From the NCBI GenBank assembly GCA_916049765.1, contig CAJZIX010000003.1, positions 12,520 to 76,519 on the forward strand: DNA of 64,000 nt, given 5' to 3'. Position 1 is the stretch's first letter, and each line of letters opens with the position of its first letter. Below, piece by piece: positions 1 through 11,906 of this stretch. The translations under genes and the position numbers were made by a program. Source of the stretch: an uncultured bacterium (GTDB lineage Bacteria; Patescibacteriota; Gracilibacteria; Absconditabacterales; Absconditicoccaceae). Below the pieces are notes generated by a model, which was not told where the DNA came from, searched no databases, and worked only from the letters and a program-made list of their open reading frames with translations.

Positions 1-94
1 ACGCAAAAGCTGAAACTCAAAAAGCAATCATAAAAAGAAGAGTTCCCAATAAATAATTTCTGATTTTCATGTTTTATCTCTCCAAAATTCTAAA

Positions 95-1474
95 TTAGCG
101 TCCTTTAAAGATTACTCCAAAAGTCCCTACAATCACATACATATCTAACCATAATGACCAATTCTGAATATAGTACAGATCCAATTTCGCCTCCTGATCA
201 AAACTCAAAGAATCTCTTCAAAAAACCTGTGCATACCCTGTAATTCCTGGCTTGATACTCAAGAGTCTTTTTTGCCAAGGAGCATAATTCTCTACCTCAT
301 GCTGAAGATGTGGCCTTGGACCTACAAGTGACATTGTACCCCACAATACAGAAAAAAGCTGAGGCAATTCATCAAGTGAAGTCTTACGAAGGAACCTTCA
401 TACTTTCGTTACTCTTGGATCATTCTCAATTTTTGCGAGCACCCCTTCTCTAGTATTTGCTTCAGAGTTGATGAGCTTTTTATAGAGCTCCTCAGCATCT
501 TTACCTCCATACCCGACACTCAAATGAGTATACATTGTACGAAATTTTAAAAAGGTAAAAAGCTGACCTCCTGTTCCCACTCTTTTAGATTTATAAATCA
601 CAGGACCTTTACTATCAAACTTAATCAGGATTGCAATAAGAAGAAGCAAAGGAGAAAGCACAATAATTCAGAAAAACGAAGCAATTAAATCAAAAAGCCT
701 CTTCACGACAAGAGATCGTCCATCAAGTTTGGAATGTTTATATTCTAATGCAACAATATTCTGAATAATCTCTGGCTTATAAACAACATCTTCAAGAAAA
801 AAGCCCTCACTAATATGAAAAAACCTTGTATCATGAAATCTTGTCCTCTCAAAAATAGCTTGAAGCTGATCTTTTTTAAACGTTCAAACAACAACACACA
901 TTTCATATTGAGAAAAATCCGTTTCTTCGGCTTCATCAGGAGTAATAAATTCCGTTTTTAGAGAAAAATTTGCTTTTATTGTCTTTAAAATCTCGTAAGT
1001 ATCAATCGTTTCCTCAGAAATAATCAGAATTTTTCTTCAGGATTTTTTTTGTTGCTGATATTCTAAGGCTCTCCAAGCCTGATCAAAGAAGAAGAGTACA
1101 ATATAAGTAAGGATACCTGAAAAAATAAGAATGAACCTAGAAATTCAAAAGAAAAAGATAAATCCTTGGCCAAAATAAGAAAGAAAAGTAATCGAAATAA
1201 ACCAATAAATCCATGTCTTAGAAAAAGTTTGAAAATGATTAATAACTCTCTTATTCAGGCAATAAAAATCCTTAATAATTCAAATACCGATAAATCCAGC
1301 ACTTGCAATAAACGAGAAAATAGCAAGTTCAGTTGCATTAATAAATGGGATAGGAAGTTGAATACCCGGGATTAAATCTGTCCACAGCCTAACCTTATAG
1401 GTGAGGAGAAAGAGAGCATTGATAAGAAGAAAGTGTAGAAAGGGTCTACTTAGACGGAGTTTGAACATCGGCAA
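95..1474 (-). CDS. Polyprenyl-phosphate glycosyl-1-phosphate transferase (WbaP / bacterial sugar transferase family), multi-TM N-terminus plus catalytic C-terminus
   Basis: Track pieces 398..661 and 1280..1474 and the unlisted pieces between them share one frame once TGA=Gly. Reads [11 protein letters not shown](G)[31 protein letters not shown] ... DPRVTKV(G)[29 protein letters not shown]. True stop TAA at 95-97. Start is TTG 1474 or ATG 1468. Confidence 0.85.
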
Positions 1475-1627
1475 AGAAAGAAAATAAAATCAATTCTTTT
1501 GTAAAAAGCCTTTGTTTTTTTGGAGTATAGGATTTTTTTAAATAATTTCCAGTGAATATTTTTAGATTTCTCTTGCAAGAGGAAATAAGATAACTATCTT
1601 CTATTCAGTTTTACTTATTTGTTTTTT

Positions 1628-2326
1628 ATGACACAGGAGAAAACGATCATCATCGATAGTTCACGAAAAAATATCTTAAAAGAAGAATTTGAAAAACCAT
1701 ATTTTTTTAAAATAAAAGAAACTTTAAAAAAAGAGCTCTCCTCGGGACACTCAATCTATCCACAGGGGAAACAGATATTCAACGCTTTTAATTTAACCCC
1801 TTTTGATCAGGTAAAGGTAGTGATTCTCGGACAAGATCCTTATCATGGAACAGGAGAGGCTCATGGACTGAGTTTTTCTGTCCCAGAAGGAATTAGAATT
1901 CCTCCTTCTTTAAGAAATATCTTCAAAGAACTAAAAGCTGATCTCGACATTGATCCTCCTCTCAATTGAAATTTAGAGAAACGAGCTAAACAAGGGATTC
2001 TCCTCCTTAATGCAAGTTTAACGGTAAGAAAGAACAGTCCAAACTCTCATAAAGATATTGGATGGCAAATTTTTACTGATGCGGTCATCAAAACTCTTTC
2101 CGATAAAAAAGAAGGCATCGTTTTCATCCTCCGAGGTGCATTTGCACAACAAAAAGCAAGCCTCATTGATACTGATAAACATTTTATTCTCAAATCAGCA
2201 CATCCCTCACCTTTCTCTGCAGATAGAGGATTTTTCTGAAGTAGACCCTTTAGCCAATGTAATGAAATCCTTGAATGTATCGGAAAGAAACCAATCAACT
2301 GGGATTTAACTAACAACACCATATAA
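1628..2326 (+). CDS. ung: Uracil-DNA glycosylase (family 1)
   Basis: GQDPYHG motif, then ...PPLN(TGA)NLEK(CGA)AKQGILLLN...[12 protein letters not shown](TGA)S. This aligns with E. coli NHGYLESWARQGVLLLN and RGFFGC. Two in-frame TGA at Gly positions, stop TAA 2324-2326. Confidence 0.92.
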
Positions 2327-2385
2327 ATACTAACCATTTTATTATAAATCACTTTAAATATTTATTAATAAACCTACACGTGATA

Positions 2386-3165
2386 ATGCAAAAGAAAAAA
2401 AAACCAGAATTTATACTCGTAATTTCTTGATGAGGAGCAAAGGGAATGTATGCCTGCTGAGTTCTAAAAGCCATCGAGGAAATGGGATTAAAATCATCTA
2501 TCAAAGCTATTTATGGAGTCAGTGCTGGAGCTTTAACAGGAGCTTATTGGCTTAGCGGGTGGAAAGCTGATGAAGTTGTGCAAAACTACCTCAATAGCGA
2601 ACTCTTTAACCTCAAAAATATTGCACTCCCTCCAACTCAAAGTCTCCTAAAACGCTCCGTCGTAGAGAAGCTTTTGAAAAAAGACTTAAAAAAAACCTTC
2701 GAACAGCTAGAAAAACCTCTAATCGTAGGAACAACCGACCTTCGAAAAGGAAAATCGGTCTTTTTCGAATCTGGAGATCTCATAAAACCAGTATTATGAA
2801 GTATGTCAATACCTGGAGTATTTGCCCCTATTGAATATGAAAAGCATTTACTTGTAGACGGAGGGGTTACTGACAACTTCCCCATAGATTATGCTAAGAA
2901 ACAGAACCCCAATACCAAAACAATTGGAATTTTACTTGGGAAGTTTAAAACAAATCAGAAAGTTAAAAACATTCTAGATACTTTAATGGTTTCTTATGAA
3001 ATCCTCTTGAGATGACGTTTAAACGCAACAATTAACAAGGCTGACATTCTTTTCTACAGGAATCTTTCTATGAGTCCCTTTGAAAGTAATGAAAAAAAAC
3101 TGATCCAACTTTTCGATCAAGGATATCATGACGGAATCGCCACTTTTAGCTCTTTGCAAAAATAA
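2386..3165 (+). CDS. Patatin-like phospholipase (paralog 1)
   Basis: MQKKKKPEFILVIS-(TGA)(TGA)-GAKG gives the GGGxKG oxyanion box from two consecutive TGA (2428-2433). GVSAG nucleophile elbow and DGG(V) Asp motif present. Joined through TGA at 2800 and 3016, stop TAA 3163-3165. Confidence 0.88.
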
Positions 3166-3965
3166 TGTTTAACTTCAAATTTCCTTTTTTACAAAAAAAA
3201 GAGGAAAAGGACTTCACTCTCGTAATTTCATGAGGTGGAATGAGAGCTTTTTATGGACTTGGAATTCTAAAAGCCTTAGAGGAACTTGGATATAAAGACA
3301 AAATTGATGCACTTTATGGGGTAAGTGCTTGAGCTTTACTTGTAAGTTATCGATCAGCTGGATATTCAGCTGATGAAATACTAACACGTTTTCTGAAATC
3401 AGATTTTTTGAATTTTTCCAAAAATCTTAATCTTATACCAAAATCTTCTCTCCTTAAAAATACCCTTCTAAAAAAACAAATGGAAAAAGAATTACCTAAG
3501 AATTTTGAAGATCTTAACATTCCAACCTTCATCGGCTGCACTGAAGTAAAAAAAGGAGAAAATCTAATCCTTTCGAGTGGCGAGCTCACCTCTGCCCTAC
3601 TTGGGACAATTGCAATTCCTTGAATTTTCCCAGCAATTGAAAGAAACGATCACCTTTTAATAGATGGAGGAGTTACTGATAATTTTCCTATAGAAGTTGC
3701 AAAAAAAAGCTTTCCTCAAAATAAAATTATTGGAATCTCTCTCAACAAATACCGCTCTAACCCCAAAATTAAAAACCTTTTCGATAATTTAATTGTTTCC
3801 TTTGAAATTATGCTAAGAAAAGACATTCAAGAAAAAGGGAATCTAAGTAATATATTCTTTTGTAGAGGACTTGATACGCCAGTTCTAGAATTTAGGACAA
3901 CAAAACTTAAAAAACTTTTTGAACTCTGATATAAAGATGGGAAAGAAAAACTAAAAAAATTATAG
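3165..3965 (+). CDS. Patatin-like phospholipase (paralog 2)
   Basis: ATG overlaps the upstream TAA (TAATG). FTLVIS(TGA)GGMRAFYG, GVSA(TGA)A, IDGGVTDNFP. Same architecture as the upstream gene. Stop TAG 3963-3965. Confidence 0.85.
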
Positions 3966-3974
3966 CCTTTCTAT

Positions 3975-5741
3975 TTATTTTTTTCCTTCTAAATTTTTTA
4001 GATGATTAGCAAGATTAGCAAAAATCTGATCAGGTTTATTTCTATTTTTTATATCTCCAAGAACTCGATCTAAAGCCACTTCTAGCAACTCTCCAATAAT
4101 TTTTCCTGGTTTAAGATTGAAGTACTCCATTATATCTCTCCCCTTAACTGCAAGATCTTTAGATCTAAATTGCCCTTCTTCTTGTTCAATTTCAAGGAGA
4201 AGTTTTTTGAGATACCGAGAATCGCTAAGATCACTTGCATTCTGGAGTGGATTATACATCCCCATTCTATCTGCGATATTGATATCAAGAAGATTATTTA
4301 CTCTTTCAAAACCAGCATCAGAGAGGAGTTTTCTAAGTCTCTTAGCTCGATTCTGAGGATTTCCGAGGAGAATTTCTCAAGGAGTATGATGCTCTCTAAT
4401 ATATCGCTGAATCTCCTCAATCTCTTTATGAGAAAATCAAAGGTTTCTAAAATCCTCTTCAGCAAGCACCGCAGAACTAAACCTATGGTTAAGCGGACCC
4501 GCCAGAAGGATTCTGATTTCTTCTTTTGAAAGATTTTTCCCATATTCTGCATATTGACCAACTTTTCCGACATCATGATAAAGCATTGCAAATCTGACTA
4601 AGTAATTTGTGTTAATTGCTTGAAGGTGATAGAGTGTCAAGATAATATGCGAATAAATATCAAATGGATGATACCTAATCGGCTGATCAATATGTTTAGT
4701 TAGTGCAAGTGCAGGAAAAAGAATTACTAACATTTCTGCCTCGTCTAAAAGTCCAACAAGACCAAAAGGGTTACCTTGAGAAAAAGCTTTTGTAAGTTCT
4801 TCTTTAATTCTTTCCTTAGCAATAGTTTTAAGGAGATTATGATTAGATTTAATCGATTTCCAAGTTTCTGGCTCAAAATCAAAAAGTCTTACTTTATTAA
4901 TAGGATCAGATTTTTTATTTTTAGTTGTAGTGAGGAGTTTTTGATTCAAGACATTAACGAACCTCAGTCCCCTCAAAAGTCTAAGCGAATCTTCTTGAAA
5001 CCTCGTATCAGGATTACCAACAGTTCTTAGCTTTTTTAGCACGAGATCTTGAATTCCCAATGCTGGATCAATCAGAATTTGAAGTTGAATCTGCTTTTTT
5101 CCCTTTTTTTCTCCTGCTCAAAAGATGTAGGCATAAGGCTGAATATCTAACAAATAATACAAAAAATCAGTATCAAGTTTTGCATTTGGAATAAGCTGAG
5201 AAAGGAGTTTTTGACTCTGAATAATAAGAGTTTCATTATTTTGAAGATAAATAAACCCCTCTTTATTTAAAATTTTAAGAAGCATTTCCTCATTTATTAT
5301 CTTTTTTTGCTCATATACCGGTGTTTTCAACTTTTGCTGAGTATAATAGATCGCATTAATCGTAAAATCCCTTCTCTGAACATCTAAAAGCAAATCATCA
5401 CTCCAAAAAATTTCCTCTGGATGTCTACAATCTTGGTAACCAGTTTCAGCACGAAGAGGTGTAAGCTCATATTTAAGTTCATTATCCTTATCTTTGGGAA
5501 TCAAGGTAATAGTACCGTATTTTTCAGTTATAAAGTGAGAGATTCCATCTTTATCGATGTTTTCATATATTTCCAAAGGATTTCCTGCCATCGTAAAATC
5601 AATATCAAGAGGATTCTTAGTGGTTCCAAGAAGTATCTCTCTTACACAACCTCCCACAAGAAAAAAATCTGATTTCCCTATTTTTTTAGTTAGAAAAACA
5701 TGATGAGGAATCAGTTTTTTAAGATTATTAAAATGAAGCAT
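3975..5741 (-). CDS. cca: CCA-adding tRNA nucleotidyltransferase with C-terminal HD domain
   Basis: Track pieces 3975..4265, 4437..5060 and 5118..5741 are in one frame, and I checked the gaps codon by codon (only TGA, no TAA/TAG). GGCVREILLG...DIDF, RDFTINA, HD motif YHDVGK. Confidence 0.88.
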
Positions 5742-5949
5742 CTTCTCTATCCCATAAGTAAATATTCTTTATATTTAACTTTTTACTTCGTAGATACAAG
5801 AGAAGGCTTATTCTGCTATTCTAAATCATAATTTTTATAATTCAAAAAATCTGAATTTAAACTATTTCATCATTTATTCCAGAAAAATCAGATTGTATTT
5901 CTCAAGGATTTATCTATGCTCAAAAGAAAGTTTTTACTTCTAGTCCTAG

Positions 5950-6816
5950 ATGAGAGGAATTGTTCAAAGCAAACCATTTGTCAAAAAATCTCAGAAAAGA
6001 TTGTCTTCACATACAAACTTCTTTTTTTCAACAAAAAAAAGAGGGAAAGACCAATATTCCTTATTGTTTCTTTTTTTTAAAAAATGGGGAGTTTTAATTT
6101 TTATCATCTTTCTTTCTTTATTATTAGGAATCTTCATTCTCAAAGGAACACGATACAACCCTGCATACTTAATCAAAAAAATTGAATATTCAGACACAAC
6201 AAGAAAAAATTATGGGAATACTGAACTTTTTGTCCTTGCATCTAAATTTCTTAGAGGGAAATATTATAATACCTTGAGAGTTAACTGAGAGAAACAGCTT
6301 ACTGATTGGATAAAAAAATCCTACCCTTTTGTAAAATCAACAAAACTTACTTTTCATGGCAACCAAACACTCAAAGTAGACATTACTTTCTTTGAGCCAG
6401 AGTTTTTGATAAAACTAGGAAACAAAAAATTCGGTATCTGGGAAGGAGGAATAAGTGATGAATTAGATGATCAACGATCCCTTGGAAAAACTGGTTTTAT
6501 CGTAGATACTCCATCCTATCTAACAGGAACAACCTCCCTTTCTGGCTTCTTTTATGAAGTGAATTATCAGCGATATAAAGACTTTTTACCAGCCATTCAG
6601 GAGGCTTTTCCTCATATGAATCGCTTTGTCTACTTAGCGGGATCGCCAAATTTCGTGATTTTTGAGGAGAATAAAATGATCTTTCTCTATAGAGATAATC
6701 CTCTCTATCAGCTTCAAAAACTCGCTTGGCTTAGAAAGTATTATGCAGATTATAAAGCTCTAACAACTATTGATCTTGGAAGTTTAACTCAAGAAAAAAT
6801 CGTAGTTGGAAAATAA
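5950..6816 (+). CDS. Membrane-anchored FtsQ/DivIB-like (POTRA-type) protein, tentative
   Basis: 5950..6288 and 6406..6816 share a frame, joined through one TGA. One N-terminal TM helix followed by a pattern resembling the POTRA/FtsQ fold (YPFVKSTKLTFHGNQTLKVDITFFEP). Weak similarity judged by eye only. Confidence 0.45.
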
Positions 6817-6836
6817 GTTACTAGCAAATAAAAAAA

Positions 6837-6862
6837 TCCGACATTAAGCCGGACTTTTTTTT
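6837..6862. terminator. Weak hairpin plus T-run between convergent genes
   Basis: TCCGaC-attaa-GcCGGA followed by T8. Lies between the FtsQ-like stop and the leuS stop. Confidence 0.4.
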
Positions 6863-6917
6863 ATTACAAAATAATATTAATAATTTTCCCTTGGACAAAG
6901 ATCACTTTCTTTGGCTC

Positions 6918-9863
6918 TCAAATAAGGTAGGAAGCCAGCTTTTCATCTTTTTTGATAAGCTCCAAAACCTCTTCTTGACGAGCATCCGCAGCAATTTGTA
7001 AAGTTCCCCTCATCTTTCCATTGAACTGCACAGCAAGCGTGATTTCTGAACTTACAAGAAACTTCTCATCATACTCTGGCCATACCCCTGTTGTAAAGAT
7101 TGAAAACTGATTTCCGAGAAGGTTCCAAAACTCTTCCGCAAGATGCGGCGCAAAAGGAGCAATCAGCATTACGAGTTTCTCAAAAGTGCTTTTAGAAAGT
7201 TTTTCCGCTTCACTGAGGGCATTAACCAAGATCATCAGCTGAGCAATAGAAGTATTGAACTTAAATTCATCAATCTCTTGAGTCAGCTTTTTAATCGTTT
7301 GATGAAGAATGGTAAGGATTTTCGCTTCATCTTGATAGTTCTCATCTGCTTTATCAAAGAGTGCAATGATCTTATCAATAAACTTTTTTACGCCCTTCAT
7401 CCCTTGCGTATTCCAAGAGATCGCCTGATCAAAAGGTCCCATAAACATCTCATAAGTTCTGAAAACATCAGCTCCATATTCAGCAATCACATCATCAGGA
7501 TTCACGACATTTCATCGCCTTTTTGACATTTTACGACCATCTTCCGCCATAATGAGTCAGACTTTTTGATATTTTTGGAAAGGTTCATCTTTACTTACCA
7601 AACCGAGATCATAGAGGAATTTCTGCCAAAATCTCGCATAGATAATATGCCTCGTCACATGTTCAGCACCACCGACATAGACATCTACATTTTTCCAATA
7701 CTGCTCACTCTCTGCTGAAACCAACTCATTATCATTCTCTGGATCCATATATCTCAGCCAATATCGGCTTGATCCAGCCCAACCCGGCATCGTATTAGAT
7801 TCCCTTTTCGCTGGTTTTCCACAGATCGGACACACAGTTTCAATCCAGTCTTTTACCTCCGCAAGCGGTCCTTCCTCGGTTCCTGTTGGTTCATAGTTTT
7901 CTACATCAGGCAAACATAAAGGTAAATCTGATTCCTTCATCGGAACGACTCCATGTTCTTCACAGAAAACTACAGGAAACGGCTCTCCCCAATATCTCTG
8001 CCTAGAAAAAACCCAATCCTGAATTTTGAAATTCGTTTTCTTTCCTCCAATTCCTTTTTCTTCAAGCCGTTTCTGCATTTTCATAATCGCTTCATCAGAT
8101 TTTAGACCTGAGAATTCTCAAGAATTAAGAAGTACTCCCTTCTCCGTATACGCTCCATTTCCAGCCAAATAAGCCTTCAATCTTTCCAAAGAATAAAGAT
8201 ATCCTTCTTTTTGTCCTTGAATTGTTTCATCAGCCCTCATTGATAACAAATCCCTTTCAAACTCTTCTAACGAAACCCAAATAAGTGGACAATCAGTTTC
8301 ATATTCTGTTAATTGCTTTGGAACACGATGTTCTGAATTAAGTTTACAAAGGAAAGAATTTGCATTATTCTCTCTCCAAGTATTTTTTAGATCAGCATAG
8401 TAAAAGGACTGATTACAATCAAACTGTCCGATACAAGAAACATCATCATATCCTGTTTCTTCTTTTATTTCTCTAAGAGTTCACTCTAAAATAGTCTCTC
8501 CCTCTTCAATAGTCCCTCATGGCATCCAATACTTTTTATATTTTCCATTTTCTTCATATCCCACTAATAGTTTCTGCTCTTTTTCATCATAAATGTATGC
8601 ATAACCTGAAAGTTTAGCTTGAGCATCTGGATTTCTCCTTCCAAAACTTCCTCCAATCACATAATCGATTGGCAATCCATACTTCTTTGCAAAGTCAAAA
8701 TCTCTCTCATCATGAGCAGGTACCGCCATTACCACACCGGTTCCATAGTTGGCAAGCACATAATCTCCGATATAAATCGGCACTTCCTGATTATTAAAAG
8801 GATTGATAGCATAAGCCCCTGTGAAAACTCAGGTCTTCTCTTTTTGAAGTTCAGTTCTTTCCAGTTGTGTTTTGTGTTTTGCTTGTTCTTGATAGGCTTT
8901 TACGGTTTCTAGTTGTTCTGGAGTCGTGATTTTTTCCACCAAAGGATGTTCTGGAGCCATCACGACAAAACTCATTCCAAAAACGGTATCAAGTCTCGTA
9001 GTATAGACTTCAAAAGCAAGTTCTTCACTGGATTGCTTCGCTTCGCTCGCAATGACCTGCATTTTGAATTGAGAACCTTCACTCTTTCCAATCCAATTCC
9101 TCTCAAGCTCTTTCATAGATTCATCTCGTTCCAAGTTTTCAAGCCCATCAAGCAATCTCTGAGCATATTTCGTGATTCTCAAAACTCGCTGTCTCATTGG
9201 TTTTTGCTCTACTTCGCTTCCACATCTTTCACATTTACCATCATCCAGATCCTCGTTAGAAAGTCCTGTTTTACAGTGTGGACATCGGTTGATTGGCTTA
9301 AAATCCAAGTAAGCAAGCCTTTCGTTATCCAAAATAAACCTGATTTCTGATTCAGATTTTCCTTCTTTTTTTAGTTTTTCTTCAAGTTCTGTGATTGGCT
9401 TCGCCTTTTCCTCTTTCTCATCATAGTAGTGATTGTAAAACTTGAGAAAAATCGCCTGCGTCCACTTGAAATACTTCGGATCAGCAGTACTAAAGCTCCT
9501 TTCTCGGTCATAAGAAAATCCAATATTTTCTAGCTGTTTGATATAGGTTTCTATGTTTTTCTGAGCTACGATCTGAGGTTTCATCTTGTGCTCAATCGCA
9601 TATTGCTCTGTCCCCACTCCAAAAGTATCAAATCCCATCGGATGCAAGACATTGTAGCCTTCAAGCATCTTTTTCCTCGCAATCGTATCCGATGCAACAT
9701 AACCTTTGGGATGACCGACATGAAGCCCAGCTCCACTTGGATAAGGAAACATATCAAGAATATAGAATTTTGGCTTATCTTTACTTTCTAGGGTTTGATA
9801 GATTTTGGCTTCAGTTCGCTTCTTTTGCCATTTTTCAGCAAGAGTGGTAATATCAATCGGCAT
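6918..9863 (-). CDS. leuS: Leucyl-tRNA synthetase (bacterial type, with CP1 editing domain) carrying an extra inserted Nudix domain
   Basis: Four track pieces (6918..7505, 7557..8084, 8517..8783, 8829..9863) are in one frame. I translated 8085..8516 by hand and found only TGA interruptions. HVGH (HIGH), [33 protein letters not shown] and [10 protein letters not shown] are present, collinear with B. subtilis LeuS. Confidence 0.93.
8148..8654 (-). other. About 165-aa insertion inside LeuRS containing a complete Nudix box
   Basis: The segment sits between LPIDYVI and [15 protein letters not shown], which are about 13-20 aa apart in B. subtilis and E. coli. It contains (G)[11 protein letters not shown](G)[11 protein letters not shown] at 8448-8519, matching G-x5-E-x7-R-E-U-x-E-E-x-G-U. 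Confidence 0.75.
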
Positions 9864-10095
9864 AGTATTTCAAAAAAACTAAAACTAGCTTTAAATGTAG
9901 AGTTTAGAAGAAAAAATGCAAGCGTTTCTTGGTATTAATCGATAAACTCCTCATCTTTTACATCACACAATAACGAATATTCTTGAAAACTTTTATCAAT
10001 TAATTATCATCACTGAGATAAATAAACTGATTTTCATAGAGTTTATTCAAAGAATAATATAAAAAATTAGAGTTTATAACCATAATTTCCATCCT

Positions 10096-10710
10096 ATGTT
10101 TTTTTGTAAAAAATATTTTCCACACTTTTTATTAGTCATCTACTGCTTACTATTCATAATATGTGCAATTCATCCTTATAATAGAGCCGTACGATTTACG
10201 GAAAATTTACCTGTCATGGTAGTGGTACTCTTTCTTGTTTACACCTTTAATAAACGAAATTTTTCAAATAGCTCATATTTTTTGATGAGTTTTTGGATCA
10301 TCTTGCATACTATAGGAGGACACTATACGTTTGAACTAGTTCCTTTTGACAGTATAAATCAGCTTTTTGGTTGGGAAAGAAACATGTACGATAGAATAGC
10401 TCACTTCATGATTGGAGTCTATGCTTTCCCTATTATGGAATACCTCTGGAGATCAAAAGCAATACAGCAAAAGTGGCTTTTATATACTTTCGGTATCTGT
10501 AGTATTCTTACTATCGCTGGAGCTTATGAAATTTTTGAGTGGCGATTTGCAATTATTGCAGATCCAAAAGCTGGACTTGCTGTCCTTGGATCACAAGGAG
10601 ACATCCGAGATGCTCAGAAGGATATGCTGATGGATACCTTGGGTGCAATATTAGCAATATTCTTTTTTATTATAAGGGAGATTTTTATCAACAGAAAAAA
10701 GACTGACTAA
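10096..10710 (+). CDS. YjdF-like inner-membrane protein (DUF2238 family)
   Basis: Uninterrupted ORF with 5-6 TM helices. Motifs GGHYTFELVPF, W(E)RNMYDRIAHF and QGDI(CGA)DAQKDM as I recall for the family. Confidence 0.6.
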   Translation: MFFCKKYFPHFLLVIYCLLFIICAIHPYNRAVRFTENLPVMVVVLFLVYTFNKRNFSNSSYFLMSFWIILHTIGGHYTFELVPFDSINQLFGWERNMYDRIAHFMIGVYAFPIMEYLWRSKAIQQKWLLYTFGICSILTIAGAYEIFEWRFAIIADPKAGLAVLGSQGDIRDAQKDMLMDTLGAILAIFFFIIREIFINRKKTD

Positions 10711-11906
10711 TGCACGAAGACGAGCTCCTTTCAAGTTATAACTATGAACTTCCAGAATCACATATTGCTCAGGTTCCAAGTATACCTGCTCACTCTGCAA
10801 AAATGATGATCTGCTCCATCGATCAAAAGGGGAATTGTAAAACTAAAGATCAGATTTTTTTTGATTTAACAGAAAGTTTAAATAGCAACTATCTTCTTTT
10901 TCTCAATAGAACGAAGGTCTTTAAAGCAAGAATCCCTCTACATAATGTGAAAATTATCAGAAAAAGCGGAAAAGAAATTCAGCTTTTAGAAGGAGAAATC
11001 TTTGTTTATGCTATCCAAAGCCAAACTGAGTTTGAATGTTTAGTTTCTGATAGCAAAAATTTCAAACCAGGAACAAAAATTCTTTTTAATTCGACCACAA
11101 CACTCCATTCTTTACATTTTACAGAAAATGGGATTCTCTTTAAAATAGAAGGAGATCAGATTTTTTCATTTCTGGAAAAGATCGGAGAGATGCCACTCCC
11201 GCCCTATATTAGCTATGAAAAAGAAAAGGAAAAACGATACCAAACTTTCTTTGCTGAGGAGATCGGTTCTGCTGCTGCTCCGACAGCCTCTCTTCACTTC
11301 ACTCCAGAACTTGTAAGAAAATTAGAAGAGAAAAAAATCTGATTTCAATATCTTTGTTTACATGTAGGATTAGGAACATTTAAACCGATTTATGAAGAGC
11401 ACATTACAGATCAAAAGTTACATTTTGAACCAATGCTCTTGGATATGCAAATTCGAAAAACAATTGCTGATGCAAAAAAAGCAGAGAAAATCTTTCTCCC
11501 AGTAGGAACCACAATGATTAGGTATCTTGAATCTTTACCCTATATTTGGAAATTCTTAAAAAAGAAAAATCTGACTTCCCCGATTGATTCTACAACAAAG
11601 GCTCGGCGAGATGATTTAACGGATCCAATTGATGAAACATTGGTAGCGGAATTCCTCCCTGAACAAGAAATATCCGATGCAAAAATCTTAACAATCCAAA
11701 CAAGACTATTCATCAGGCCAGGAATCCCTTTTTATCTAACCGACGAACTGATCACCAACTTTCATTTACCAAAGTCTTCATTAATGATGCTAATTTCTGC
11801 ATTTATGGGAAGAAAAAACCTCCTGAAATGCTATCAAGAGGCCATTGATAAAGATTACAAATTTTATAGTTTCTGAGATTGAATGCGAATAAGAAAGGAG
11901 AATTAA
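10710..11906 (+). CDS. queA: S-adenosylmethionine:tRNA ribosyltransferase-isomerase
   Basis: 10710..11342 and 11433..11876 are in one frame. YELPESHIAQ, MPLPPYI, TNFHLPKSSLMMLISAF. The C-terminus YKFYSF(TGA)D(TGA)M(CGA)I aligns with E. coli YRFFSYGDAMFI. ATG overlaps the upstream TAA. Stop TAA 11904-11906. Confidence 0.9.

Noticed and set aside
7515-7517. The CGA in the LeuRS KMSK loop (KMSKR-CGA-(G)NVV) falls where homologues usually have Lys, Leu or Arg. This is a possible counter-example to CGA=Trp.
   Set aside because: The position is variable across LeuRS enzymes, so it is not diagnostic. It does not outweigh the hits at invariant Trp positions, but it should be included in a genome-wide tally.
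6918-9863. Housekeeping genes (leuS, pheT, secY, PBP, cca, ABC exporter, many ribosomal proteins) appear as strings of short same-frame ORFs. This might suggest pseudogenes, a degraded genome or poor assembly.
   Set aside because: All interruptions are TGA, they fall on conserved Gly positions, and the pieces are always in the same frame. No TAA or TAG interrupts the frames I checked codon by codon. This indicates a UGA=Gly code, not decay.
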